Below are positions 7,919 to 15,296 of a stretch of DNA of 53,874 nucleotides, in pieces. Below the pieces are notes generated by a model. That model did no database searches. It was not told the origin of the DNA and saw only the letters and a program-made list of their open reading frames with translations. The DNA comes from Candidatus Shapirobacteria bacterium CG03_land_8_20_14_0_80_40_19. Its GTDB lineage: Bacteria > Patescibacteriota > Microgenomatia > UM-FILTER-40-11. The DNA lies in assembly GCA_002780305.1 (NCBI GenBank), contig PEVD01000019.1, forward strand, positions 1-53,874, in the 5' to 3' direction. The first letter of the stretch is position 1; every line of letters begins with the position of its first letter. The position numbers were made by a program, and so were the translations under genes.

Positions 7919-8754
7919 AGACATTGACAGTAATTATTCCACTCTACAATGAAGAAAAAAGGCTTAATGATACTTTTTCTTGTTTGAAAAAGTTTAAAGG
8001 AGTCAGAGATATTGGTGTAGAAAAGTTCGTTTTTGTCAATGACGGCAGTAAAGACAATACTTTAAAACTGTTAAGAAACTTTAAAAGAAGTTTTAGCAAA
8101 AAGCTTGCCAATAAGGCTGAAATAGAGATTGTTGCTTATCCGGTCAATCACGGCCGGGGTTATGCAGTAATGCAGGGAGCCAAAAGAGTAAAAAGCGACT
8201 ACGGTATGTTTTTGGATGGCGACATGTCAATCCCGCTTGGCAATTTAGAGAACTTTTCTAAATTCATGAATCAGAATTATGATTTGTTGGTAGGAAGCAA
8301 AAAAATTAATGGGACGGTGACTTTAGTAAAAAGAAACTTTATCAGAGAATTTATCGGGGAGGTTCACAGCCGGATTTTAAGTTTTGTTTTAGGAATTAAA
8401 TTAGCCGATTTTACCGGCGGATTTAAGGTTTTTTCAAAATCAGTTTGTGAAGATATTTTTCCCAGATTAACTCAGGAAAGATGGGGGCTTGATCCGGAGA
8501 TTATCTATGTGACAAACAGACTTAATTATTCTATTAAAGAACTGCCGATTGTTTGGAGCCATATAAGCAAATCAAGCAAGGTTAATTTAATCCGTGATAT
8601 TTTAAGGGCTTTTAAAGAAATGGCGACCATCAAGTTAAACGACTGGAAAAATATTTATAATATTAATCCTCAACCGGCCATGCTAAATAAAGCTTTTTCC
8701 CTTTTAGTCAAATTTAGCTTATTATTGTTTATATGGCCGAAAAAATCCTCGTAA
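7915..8754 (+). CDS. family 2 glycosyltransferase (polyprenol-phosphate glycosyltransferase-like)
   Basis: MKTLTVIIPLYNEE..., VNDGSKDNT and DGDM (DXD-type) are classic GT2 signatures, with a C-terminal hydrophobic tail. ATG 7915 is preferred to the track start at 7891. Confidence 0.85.
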   Translation: MKTLTVIIPLYNEEKRLNDTFSCLKKFKGVRDIGVEKFVFVNDGSKDNTLKLLRNFKRSFSKKLANKAEIEIVAYPVNHGRGYAVMQGAKRVKSDYGMFLDGDMSIPLGNLENFSKFMNQNYDLLVGSKKINGTVTLVKRNFIREFIGEVHSRILSFVLGIKLADFTGGFKVFSKSVCEDIFPRLTQERWGLDPEIIYVTNRLNYSIKELPIVWSHISKSSKVNLIRDILRAFKEMATIKLNDWKNIYNINPQPAMLNKAFSLLVKFSLLLFIWPKKSS

Positions 8755-9971
8755 TCAGCACCTTTCCGCCAAAGGGTACATTATATAACCATTCTTCCAG
8801 TGCTGTTGCCGGATATACTAAAAACACTCTTGTTTGGGCGAATGAGCCGGATAAAAATTTCTCCTTTACTGTTTTAGCGGATATCTTGGATTCGGAAGAA
8901 GAATACGAAGATAACGACATAAAAGTAAAAAGAATTTGGAAAAGAAATTCTTTCTCGCTTTTTTCTTCTATTTATAACGAAATAGTACAAAATAAAGATA
9001 TTAGAAAAATCTTCTTTGCTTTCGAATGGGCAATGTTTGGTTCCAAGAAGTATTTAATGGGGTTTTTGCCAATACTTTTGCTTTTATTAAGACTGCAAGG
9101 AAAAAAAATTTATTTTGTTTCTCACGGTGTACTGTTAAATGCCGGCCTGGTTTCGATCCAAATGGGGGTAAGGGAAAATAGTTTAAAGGCAAAAATTTGG
9201 AGTCTTGGACTTAAAATACTTTATTTTTTTATTATTCTTTTATCTGATAAAGTCGTTGTTTTTGAGGAGTATTTAAGACAAGAACTCTTAAAATTGATCC
9301 CAAATTCAAGCAAGATATTGACAATTAATCACGGAGTGGAAACTAAAACAGACAGCAGTCTATCAAAGAAAAAAACGGACGAATTTGCGGTACAAAGTTT
9401 TGGGTTTTTAATTTGGTATAAAGGTTCAGATTGGCTGGTGGAAGAAATGGCAAACTATTTCAAAAACAATCCCAATTCAAAAATTAGACTGACAATGGTG
9501 GGAGGGGCTACTAAAACTTATACAGACCTTAATTATAAAAATTATATTGACAAGATTTACGATACAGCGGAAAAATCAGACGGAAAAGTTCAAATTACCG
9601 GATTTATCAAAGAAAAGGAAATTGCTGATTATTTTCAAAAGGCTGACCTTTTTATACTTCCGTATCGGGTATTAGTGTCTGCCAGTGGACCGCTTTCTTT
9701 AGCTTTTACTTATAGAAAACCATTTTTAATTTCCGAAAATTTAAAAGGTTACTGCTTGTCTAATGATTTTTCCCAGTCTTTAACCCAAACAGGACTATCG
9801 ATAAAAGATTTAGTTTTTTCTATGAGCGGAAATGGTTTACCCAATAAGATTGAAAACCTGATAAAGGATAATAATATGCTTGAAAAAATTCAAAGGTTTT
9901 CGGAACTGATGTACGAAAAGAGAAAATGGCCGGTAATTGGTAAAAAATATGCCGATGTTTTAAGCAAATGA
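8733..9971 (+). CDS. GT-B fold glycosyltransferase (GT4/group 1-like)
   Basis: 412 aa. The C-terminal half has the GT1/GT4 pattern (VGG...GFI..EE...YF..ADLFILPY). Overlaps both neighbours, so it looks operonic. Confidence 0.7.
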   Translation: MAEKILVISTFPPKGTLYNHSSSAVAGYTKNTLVWANEPDKNFSFTVLADILDSEEEYEDNDIKVKRIWKRNSFSLFSSIYNEIVQNKDIRKIFFAFEWAMFGSKKYLMGFLPILLLLLRLQGKKIYFVSHGVLLNAGLVSIQMGVRENSLKAKIWSLGLKILYFFIILLSDKVVVFEEYLRQELLKLIPNSSKILTINHGVETKTDSSLSKKKTDEFAVQSFGFLIWYKGSDWLVEEMANYFKNNPNSKIRLTMVGGATKTYTDLNYKNYIDKIYDTAEKSDGKVQITGFIKEKEIADYFQKADLFILPYRVLVSASGPLSLAFTYRKPFLISENLKGYCLSNDFSQSLTQTGLSIKDLVFSMSGNGLPNKIENLIKDNNMLEKIQRFSELMYEKRKWPVIGKKYADVLSK

Positions 9972-12900
9972 AAAAGATAAAGCAACTAATTATAAAAAAT
10001 TGGTCAGTCATTGCGATTGTCATTATTTGGTTTGGGATTGTTTTAACTAATTTTTCTCCAAATACTTTTCTTTCCGGTTGGGATAATTTACATTCCGAAT
10101 TTAATTTTTCCATTAATTTAAAGAGAGCTTTGTTTGCTTCCTGGCAGGAATACCAAGGACTGGGGTTACTTGGGGGTATGGGGCACGGGGCGGATTTGTT
10201 CAGACAAATTTTACTTTGGATTTCTTCTTTAGTTTTGCCGGTAAACTTTATCCGGTATTTTTTTCATTTTTCTATGCTTTTGTCTGGTTCTTTGGGCATT
10301 TATTTTTTGCTGAAAGATTTTGTTTTAGAAAAATACAGCGAGTTTGGTAAAAAATGGGGGGCCTTGGCTGGGGCGATTTTTTATTTGTTTAATTTAGGGA
10401 CATTACAAAGTTTTTATCTTGCATGGGAAGCTTTTTCTGTTCATTTTGGATTTTTACCGTGGTTGTTTTGGGGAGTATTTAAATACTTAAGAGAGCCTTC
10501 TAAAAAGAATTTACTAATATTTGTATTGATTAATATTTTGGCGGTCAGTCAAGGTTATGTGGCAACAGTGTTTTTAGTTTATGTAATGGCTTTAGGGTTA
10601 GTGTTAGCGGGGTATGTTGCGCTTGGTCATTCTGGGGAGGAACGAAGCGACGACTCCAGAATCCGATTCTGGATGCGTCCCGTTACGGCGGGACTTACCA
10701 GAATGACGAGAAAGGTTTTAATTATTTTTTTAATAATATTTTGTGTTAATGCTTTTTGGCTGGTGCCGAATTTGTATTTTGTTTTTAATGATGTCGGGAC
10801 CAATACTGGTGCGAAAATGAATTTAATGGCAACCGAGGATAACCTTTTAAGAAATAAAGAATATGGCGATTTTAAGAATTCTGCATTGCTGAAAGGCTTT
10901 TGGTTTGAAAATGTCGAATTGCAAAATAATGGTTCTACTGATTACATAATGGGTGATTGGGTAAACCATTTTCAAAACCCATATTTTTCAGGAATTGGTT
11001 ATATGCTTTTTGGTTTATCTGTTTTAGGAATAATTTTCAGCCTAACAACAAAGAATAAAAAAGCGCTTGTGTTCTTGCCTGTATTACTTCTTGCATTTAC
11101 ATTTTTAGCCAACGATACTATTGGTTTTTTTTCTTTGAATAAGATTTTATATAAACTTCCTCTTTTTTCCCAGATTTTCCGGTTTCCGTTTACCAAGTTT
11201 TCAATATTAACCGCCTTTTGTCTGGCGGTATTTTATGGGGTTTTTATATCGGTAATTTTAAGCTGTTTCCGTCATTCTGGGGAGGAACGAAGCGACGACT
11301 CCAGAATCCGATTCTGGATGCGCTCTTCGCCAGTTGGCGGATCGCTTACCAGAATGACGATAATATTATTTTTTATTTTATTGCCTATTATTTTTCTTTA
11401 TCCAATTTTTCAAGGCAAATTATTTTATGTTAAGGAAAAAGCAAAAATTCCGGCGGAATATTTTTTGGTTTTTGATTTCTTTAAAAATCAGGATAAGAAT
11501 ACACGGATTGCTAATTTTCCTCAGCCGACTTTTTGGGGCTGGACAAATTATAACTGGGGGAACCAGCTGTACAGCGGATCAGGCTTTTTGTGGTATGGGA
11601 TAAAGCAGCCGATTTTGGACCGCGCTTTTGATGTCTGGTCAAAACAAAATGAAAATTACTATTGGGAAATTTCGTATGCTTTGTATTCTAAAAACAGAGA
11701 GCTTTTTGAAAATATTTTGGAAAAATATCAAGTCAATTGGTTGTTGGTGGACGGGAATGTGATTAATCCGGGAGCGGAAAAGGCTTTGTTTTTGGAGGAA
11801 TTGGAAAAACTGCTTATGGCTGACAGCTCACAGCTTACAGCAAACAGCAACAAGCAATCAGCTATAAGCTATAAGCAGAAACTTGAACTGGTGCAGACTT
11901 TCGGCAAAATAAAGATTTATAAAATTAATTTGGAAACAGGAGTTAATGATTTTGTGTGGTTGGGAGAGAATTTGCCAGTTATAAATTCTTATGAATGGGG
12001 AAATTACGACAGAGCGTATGGTGAGATTGGGAATTACATTTCAATTGACCGTCATTCTGGGGAGGATCCGCCATTTGGCGGAGACGACTCCAGAATCGAT
12101 GTTGGACAAGCCAGCATGACAGAAGAAGTTTATTACCCTTTCCGTTCGGTTTTTACCGGCCGGAAAACTGATGAGCTTGATATAGAAATTGAGGATTTGG
12201 GGGACAGAATTGTTTTTAAAGCTCCTTTACCTGATGGGTTTGAAAACTATTTGATTGAACTGCCAAAAGATTATGACGGGAAAGAGTTGGTGGAGGTTGA
12301 TCCGGGAAGCTTTGAAACTAAGTATTTTTTACCAACTATTGATTCTGACGGACAAACACTTTCGGTTGTCTTTCCGAAAATAAAAGGTTTGCTTTCTGCT
12401 GAAATTAATCCCTCTAAGCAAAATCTTCAGGCTATAAACTGTAATCAATTTAGTCAAGGACAAGTTGGTCTTGAAAATATGCAGGGACTGGTTAGGTTGC
12501 AGGCGCAGGATGCCACTAATTGCGGGGCGAGTTTTTATCTGCCGGATTTATCACATAAATATGCTTATTTAATTTCTGCAGAAGCAAAGAATATTTCCGG
12601 CAAGCCGCTTCTTTTTTGGCTGGAAAATTTGACCAACCGAAAAGCGGATTTAGAAGCCTATTTGAGTAAAGAACTAGATGCTGAACGCTATACACTAAAC
12701 GCTGATTATTTTGTTCAACCCCCGATGGCGGATGACGGACTTGGGTATACCTTACATTTTGATAATATTTCAATCGGCCGGCAGGAGTCGATAAACGAGC
12801 TGGGGAAGATTTCCGTACTTCCGATTCCGTATAATTTTTTAACTTCGTTAAAATTAACTCAAATCTCAAATCTCAAATCTCAAAACCAAAACGCAAAATT

Positions 12901-13228
12901 AAAAGCTAATTCCCTTTTAATCAGTCATCCTAATCCATCACTTTATAAAGTTCAAATTAATGGAGAAATTAGGTCAAACGAAATTTTGATTTTGTCGCAA
13001 TCTTACCATTCAGGTTGGCTGGCTTTTAATCTTGACACAAAAAGAATAATCAAAGACCATTTTGTGGTTAACAATTGGTCTAATGGGTGGATATTGCTCG
13101 CTAACACCCAACCACTATTACCTAACACCTATATTTTATTTTTCTGGCCGCAATATTTGCAGTATCTGGGATTTGGATTTTATTTGATTATTTTGCTTTT
13201 TTGGCTGCGCGCTAAATCAAGAAAATAA
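9968..13228 (+). CDS. large polytopic membrane protein, GT-C-like glycosyltransferase candidate (AftD/DUF3367-like N-terminus)
   Basis: 1086 aa with more than 10 N-terminal TM helices and a large soluble C-terminal region ending in a TM helix. Follows GT2 and GT4 genes in an overlapping operon. Carries three in-frame repeat insertions. Confidence 0.6.
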   Translation: MKKIKQLIIKNWSVIAIVIIWFGIVLTNFSPNTFLSGWDNLHSEFNFSINLKRALFASWQEYQGLGLLGGMGHGADLFRQILLWISSLVLPVNFIRYFFHFSMLLSGSLGIYFLLKDFVLEKYSEFGKKWGALAGAIFYLFNLGTLQSFYLAWEAFSVHFGFLPWLFWGVFKYLREPSKKNLLIFVLINILAVSQGYVATVFLVYVMALGLVLAGYVALGHSGEERSDDSRIRFWMRPVTAGLTRMTRKVLIIFLIIFCVNAFWLVPNLYFVFNDVGTNTGAKMNLMATEDNLLRNKEYGDFKNSALLKGFWFENVELQNNGSTDYIMGDWVNHFQNPYFSGIGYMLFGLSVLGIIFSLTTKNKKALVFLPVLLLAFTFLANDTIGFFSLNKILYKLPLFSQIFRFPFTKFSILTAFCLAVFYGVFISVILSCFRHSGEERSDDSRIRFWMRSSPVGGSLTRMTIILFFILLPIIFLYPIFQGKLFYVKEKAKIPAEYFLVFDFFKNQDKNTRIANFPQPTFWGWTNYNWGNQLYSGSGFLWYGIKQPILDRAFDVWSKQNENYYWEISYALYSKNRELFENILEKYQVNWLLVDGNVINPGAEKALFLEELEKLLMADSSQLTANSNKQSAISYKQKLELVQTFGKIKIYKINLETGVNDFVWLGENLPVINSYEWGNYDRAYGEIGNYISIDRHSGEDPPFGGDDSRIDVGQASMTEEVYYPFRSVFTGRKTDELDIEIEDLGDRIVFKAPLPDGFENYLIELPKDYDGKELVEVDPGSFETKYFLPTIDSDGQTLSVVFPKIKGLLSAEINPSKQNLQAINCNQFSQGQVGLENMQGLVRLQAQDATNCGASFYLPDLSHKYAYLISAEAKNISGKPLLFWLENLTNRKADLEAYLSKELDAERYTLNADYFVQPPMADDGLGYTLHFDNISIGRQESINELGKISVLPIPYNFLTSLKLTQISNLKSQNQNAKLKANSLLISHPNPSLYKVQINGEIRSNEILILSQSYHSGWLAFNLDTKRIIKDHFVVNNWSNGWILLANTQPLLPNTYILFFWPQYLQYLGFGFYLIILLFWLRAKSRK
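10626..10707. repeat. in-frame palindromic repeat, family 1, copy 1
   Basis: GTCATTCTGGGGAGGAACGAAGCGACGACTCCAGAATCCGATTCTGGATGCG...TACCAGAATGAC; translates as HSGEERSDDSRIRFWMR...TRMT. Confidence 0.7.
11271..11358. repeat. in-frame palindromic repeat, family 1, copy 2
   Basis: First 52 nt are identical to copy 1. The inner hairpin differs (CGCCAGTTGGCG), and the terminal TACCAGAATGAC is the same. Confidence 0.7.
11821..11878. repeat. in-frame low-complexity ACAGC/AGCTATA oligo-repeat tract
   Basis: TGACAGCTCACAGCTTACAGCAAACAGCAACAAGCAATCAGCTATAAGCTATAAGCAG translates as ADSSQLTANSNKQSAISYKQ. It shares its vocabulary with the intergenic ACAGACTACTGACTACTGACTACAGC at 6033-6060. Confidence 0.5.
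12051..12120. repeat. in-frame palindromic repeat, family 1, copy 3 (diverged)
   Basis: GTCATTCTGGGGAGGATCCGCCATTTGGCGGAGACGACTCCAGAATCGATGTTGGACAAGCCAGCATGAC; same reading phase as copies 1 and 2. Confidence 0.6.
12858..12897. repeat. in-frame tandem heptamer tract (CTCAAAT x3.5)
   Basis: CTCAAATCTCAAATCTCAAATCTCAAAACCAAAACGCAAAA translates as QISNLKSQNQNAK. Confidence 0.5.
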
Positions 13229-13842
13229 GCCACCATTTTTTCTTTGTCAAAAGGAACAAGCATTTTGGGATAATCAAAAAGACCTTTAATCATTATCAGT
13301 CTTGTTCCAAGATAAAGAGGGTCAGCCACCCAATCATATTTAATTCTAAGACCTTTTAATATATCTTCAAAATTAAATTCTTTCGTGTTTTTTAAAATAA
13401 GATATAGATCTATAAAATCTCTAGCCTTTTCTCTTGAGAGGATCGTGTCAATTTTATTAACGGCAATATCAAACAGATTATCAATTTCTAAGTCGTTATA
13501 TTTCTTATCTTTTTTTGTTCTTTCAAAAGCCCAAAAATTAAAATCAGTTTTAAGTTTCTCCGTTTTTCCTTTTTTAAGAAAAAAAATTTTTGCTGTGATT
13601 CCTTGTTGGTAATCAACAACATTTACACCGATCTTTTTAAAAATAGGTTTAATATATGAAGCTAACATTTGATAATCAATTTCGTTAGCAGAAAAAAAAT
13701 CTAAATCTTCGGAGAGACGGTGCTGGAAATAGAATTCGGATAAGGCGGTGCCACCGCTTAAGTAAAAATTATCGGTAATAAATTTGTTTTTACTTAAGAC
13801 ATCAAGTACTTCTTTTTGAAACTCGGTTAAAATGCTTTTCAT
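13180..13842 (-). CDS. AbiEii/AbiGii-family nucleotidyltransferase toxin (type IV TA / abortive infection)
   Basis: LSGGTALSEFYFQHRLSEDLDFFS is the hallmark GGTAL..HR.S.DLDF motif. ATG 13842 lies 2 nt after the upstream stop. The 3' end overlaps the convergent 9968..13228 gene by about 49 nt. Confidence 0.8.
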   Translation of the reverse strand: MKSILTEFQKEVLDVLSKNKFITDNFYLSGGTALSEFYFQHRLSEDLDFFSANEIDYQMLASYIKPIFKKIGVNVVDYQQGITAKIFFLKKGKTEKLKTDFNFWAFERTKKDKKYNDLEIDNLFDIAVNKIDTILSREKARDFIDLYLILKNTKEFNFEDILKGLRIKYDWVADPLYLGTRLIMIKGLFDYPKMLVPFDKEKMVAYFLDLARSQKSKIIK

Positions 13843-13844
13843 TG

Positions 13845-14066
13845 TCAACAAAGAATATATTCTTCGATATATTTGACTTTTAAGTTTCCTTCAACTTGAT
13901 GTTTTATTTTCGGCCAATAATGGCGAAGTTTTTTTAAATCCAATTTTTCTCCATCTAAGCCGTAATTTATCAGCTGTAAAAGTCTCCATCTTTCGTACTC
14001 CTCCGGAAACTGTTTTAAATAATCTTCATCGGTTGACCAATTGTACATAGGGCTATTATAACTCAT
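13845..14066 (-). CDS. small partner protein of the AbiEii-like toxin (putative antitoxin, not a full AbiEi)
   Basis: 73 aa, immediately upstream of the toxin and nearly abutting it. WRLLQLINYGLDGEKLDLKKLRHYW resembles the short helical proteins often found upstream of AbiEii genes. Confidence 0.45.
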   Translation of the reverse strand: MSYNSPMYNWSTDEDYLKQFPEEYERWRLLQLINYGLDGEKLDLKKLRHYWPKIKHQVEGNLKVKYIEEYILC

Positions 14067-14094
14067 TGTTATTTATCTTCGAGCAGTATTAAGT

Positions 14095-14100
14095 TATAAT
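14095..14100 (+). promoter_or_regulatory. -10 box (TATAAT) 7 nt upstream of the RseP-like ATG
   Basis: GTTATAAT-CTTCACG-ATG; no SD. Confidence 0.4.
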
Positions 14101-14107
14101 CTTCACG

Positions 14108-15295
14108 ATGACTTTTTTGGTATTTATATTAATTCTCTCGGTTTTAGTTTTAGTCCACGAAACAGGGCATTTTTTAGCGGCTAAAAAAGCCGGCATTAAG
14201 GTGGAAGAATTTGCTTTTGGACTGCCGTTTACCAAACCGATTTTAAGCAAAAAGAAAAGGGGGACGATTTATTCGGTTTATCCTTTGATTTTTGGCGGAT
14301 TTGTAAAATTATATGGAGAAGACGGTTTAACGGAAGATCAAAGACCAAAGATCCCGCCTTGCCGGCGGGCAGGCAAAGATCCAAACTATGGACGAGCGTA
14401 TTTTGAGAAGTCAATTTTTAAACGGGCTTCGGTTTTACTGGCGGGGGTGTTTATGAATTTAGTTTTGGCCATTGTTTGTTTTTCGATTTTGTATTTTGTT
14501 TGGGGAATTCCGACCAAAACCGGTAAAGTAATTGTGGAAGCGGTGAGAGAAAATTCGCCGGCGCAAGCCGCCGAAATAAAGCCGAACGATTGGATTGTGG
14601 CGGTTAATGGTGATTTTATTAATGAAGGTGACCAACTTATTAAAATTACTCAAGGAATGGCCGGCCAAAAAGTAAAGCTGGAAATTTCCCGAAGAAATGA
14701 TAATCCATGCAAACCGCCGGCAGACAATGTTCTTGGCGGGATGGCAACGACTGAATTCGGATTTAATTGTAACGGAGAAAATTTATTAATTTTTTTAATT
14801 CCAAGGGAAAATCCGCCGGCAGGGGAAGGACCCCTGGGAGTGATTATTACCGACAGTATTTTTAAGAAATACCCTTTTTATATTATGCCGTTTTTAGGCG
14901 TAAGAGAGGGATTCAAGGATTCTTTAGGTTGGGGGAAAATGGTCTTAAGTTCGCTTGGCCAGATGGTTTATAGTTTAATTACCAGGGGAAAAGTGCCGGA
15001 GGGAATTGCCGGTCCGATAGGTATATATCAAATTACCGGGGAAGCGGCTAAGGCCGGCTGGATGGCAGTTTTACAATTGCTGGGAATTATTTCAGTGAAT
15101 TTGGCGATTGTAAATATTTTGCCAATTCCGGCCATGGATGGAGGAAGACTGGTTTTTTTAGGATTTGAGCTGGTTTTTAAGAGAAAAGCACCGCCCAAAA
15201 TTGAGGCGGCAATTAACAGCGTTGGCCTGATGATTTTATTGGGATTAATGTTTCTGATTACCGTTAAAGATTTATTAAGACTGGCGGGTGGGTAA
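14108..15295 (+). CDS. rseP: RseP/M50-family site-2 metalloprotease with PDZ domain
   Basis: HETGHFLAAK (HExxH) in TM1, a PDZ-like middle region (SPAQAAEIKPNDWIVAVNG), and C-terminal NLAIVNILPIPAMDGGRL (LDG motif). Confidence 0.85.
   Translation: MTFLVFILILSVLVLVHETGHFLAAKKAGIKVEEFAFGLPFTKPILSKKKRGTIYSVYPLIFGGFVKLYGEDGLTEDQRPKIPPCRRAGKDPNYGRAYFEKSIFKRASVLLAGVFMNLVLAIVCFSILYFVWGIPTKTGKVIVEAVRENSPAQAAEIKPNDWIVAVNGDFINEGDQLIKITQGMAGQKVKLEISRRNDNPCKPPADNVLGGMATTEFGFNCNGENLLIFLIPRENPPAGEGPLGVIITDSIFKKYPFYIMPFLGVREGFKDSLGWGKMVLSSLGQMVYSLITRGKVPEGIAGPIGIYQITGEAAKAGWMAVLQLLGIISVNLAIVNILPIPAMDGGRLVFLGFELVFKRKAPPKIEAAINSVGLMILLGLMFLITVKDLLRLAGG
14336..14392. repeat. in-frame palindromic repeat, family 2, RseP copy
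   Basis: GATCAAAGACCAAAGATCCCGCCTTGCCGGCGGGCAGGCAAAGATCCAAACTATGG is near-identical in architecture to 34930-34986. Translates as EDQRPKIPPCRRAGKDPNYG. Confidence 0.65.
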
Positions 15296-15296
15296 A

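Noticed and set aside
10626-12120. Whether the regularly recurring repeats are a CRISPR array.
   Set aside because: The copies are about 560-690 nt apart, differ in length, lie inside an intact ORF and are internally palindromic with inverted termini. This is not the direct-repeat/spacer periodicity of CRISPR, and no cas genes are in the window.
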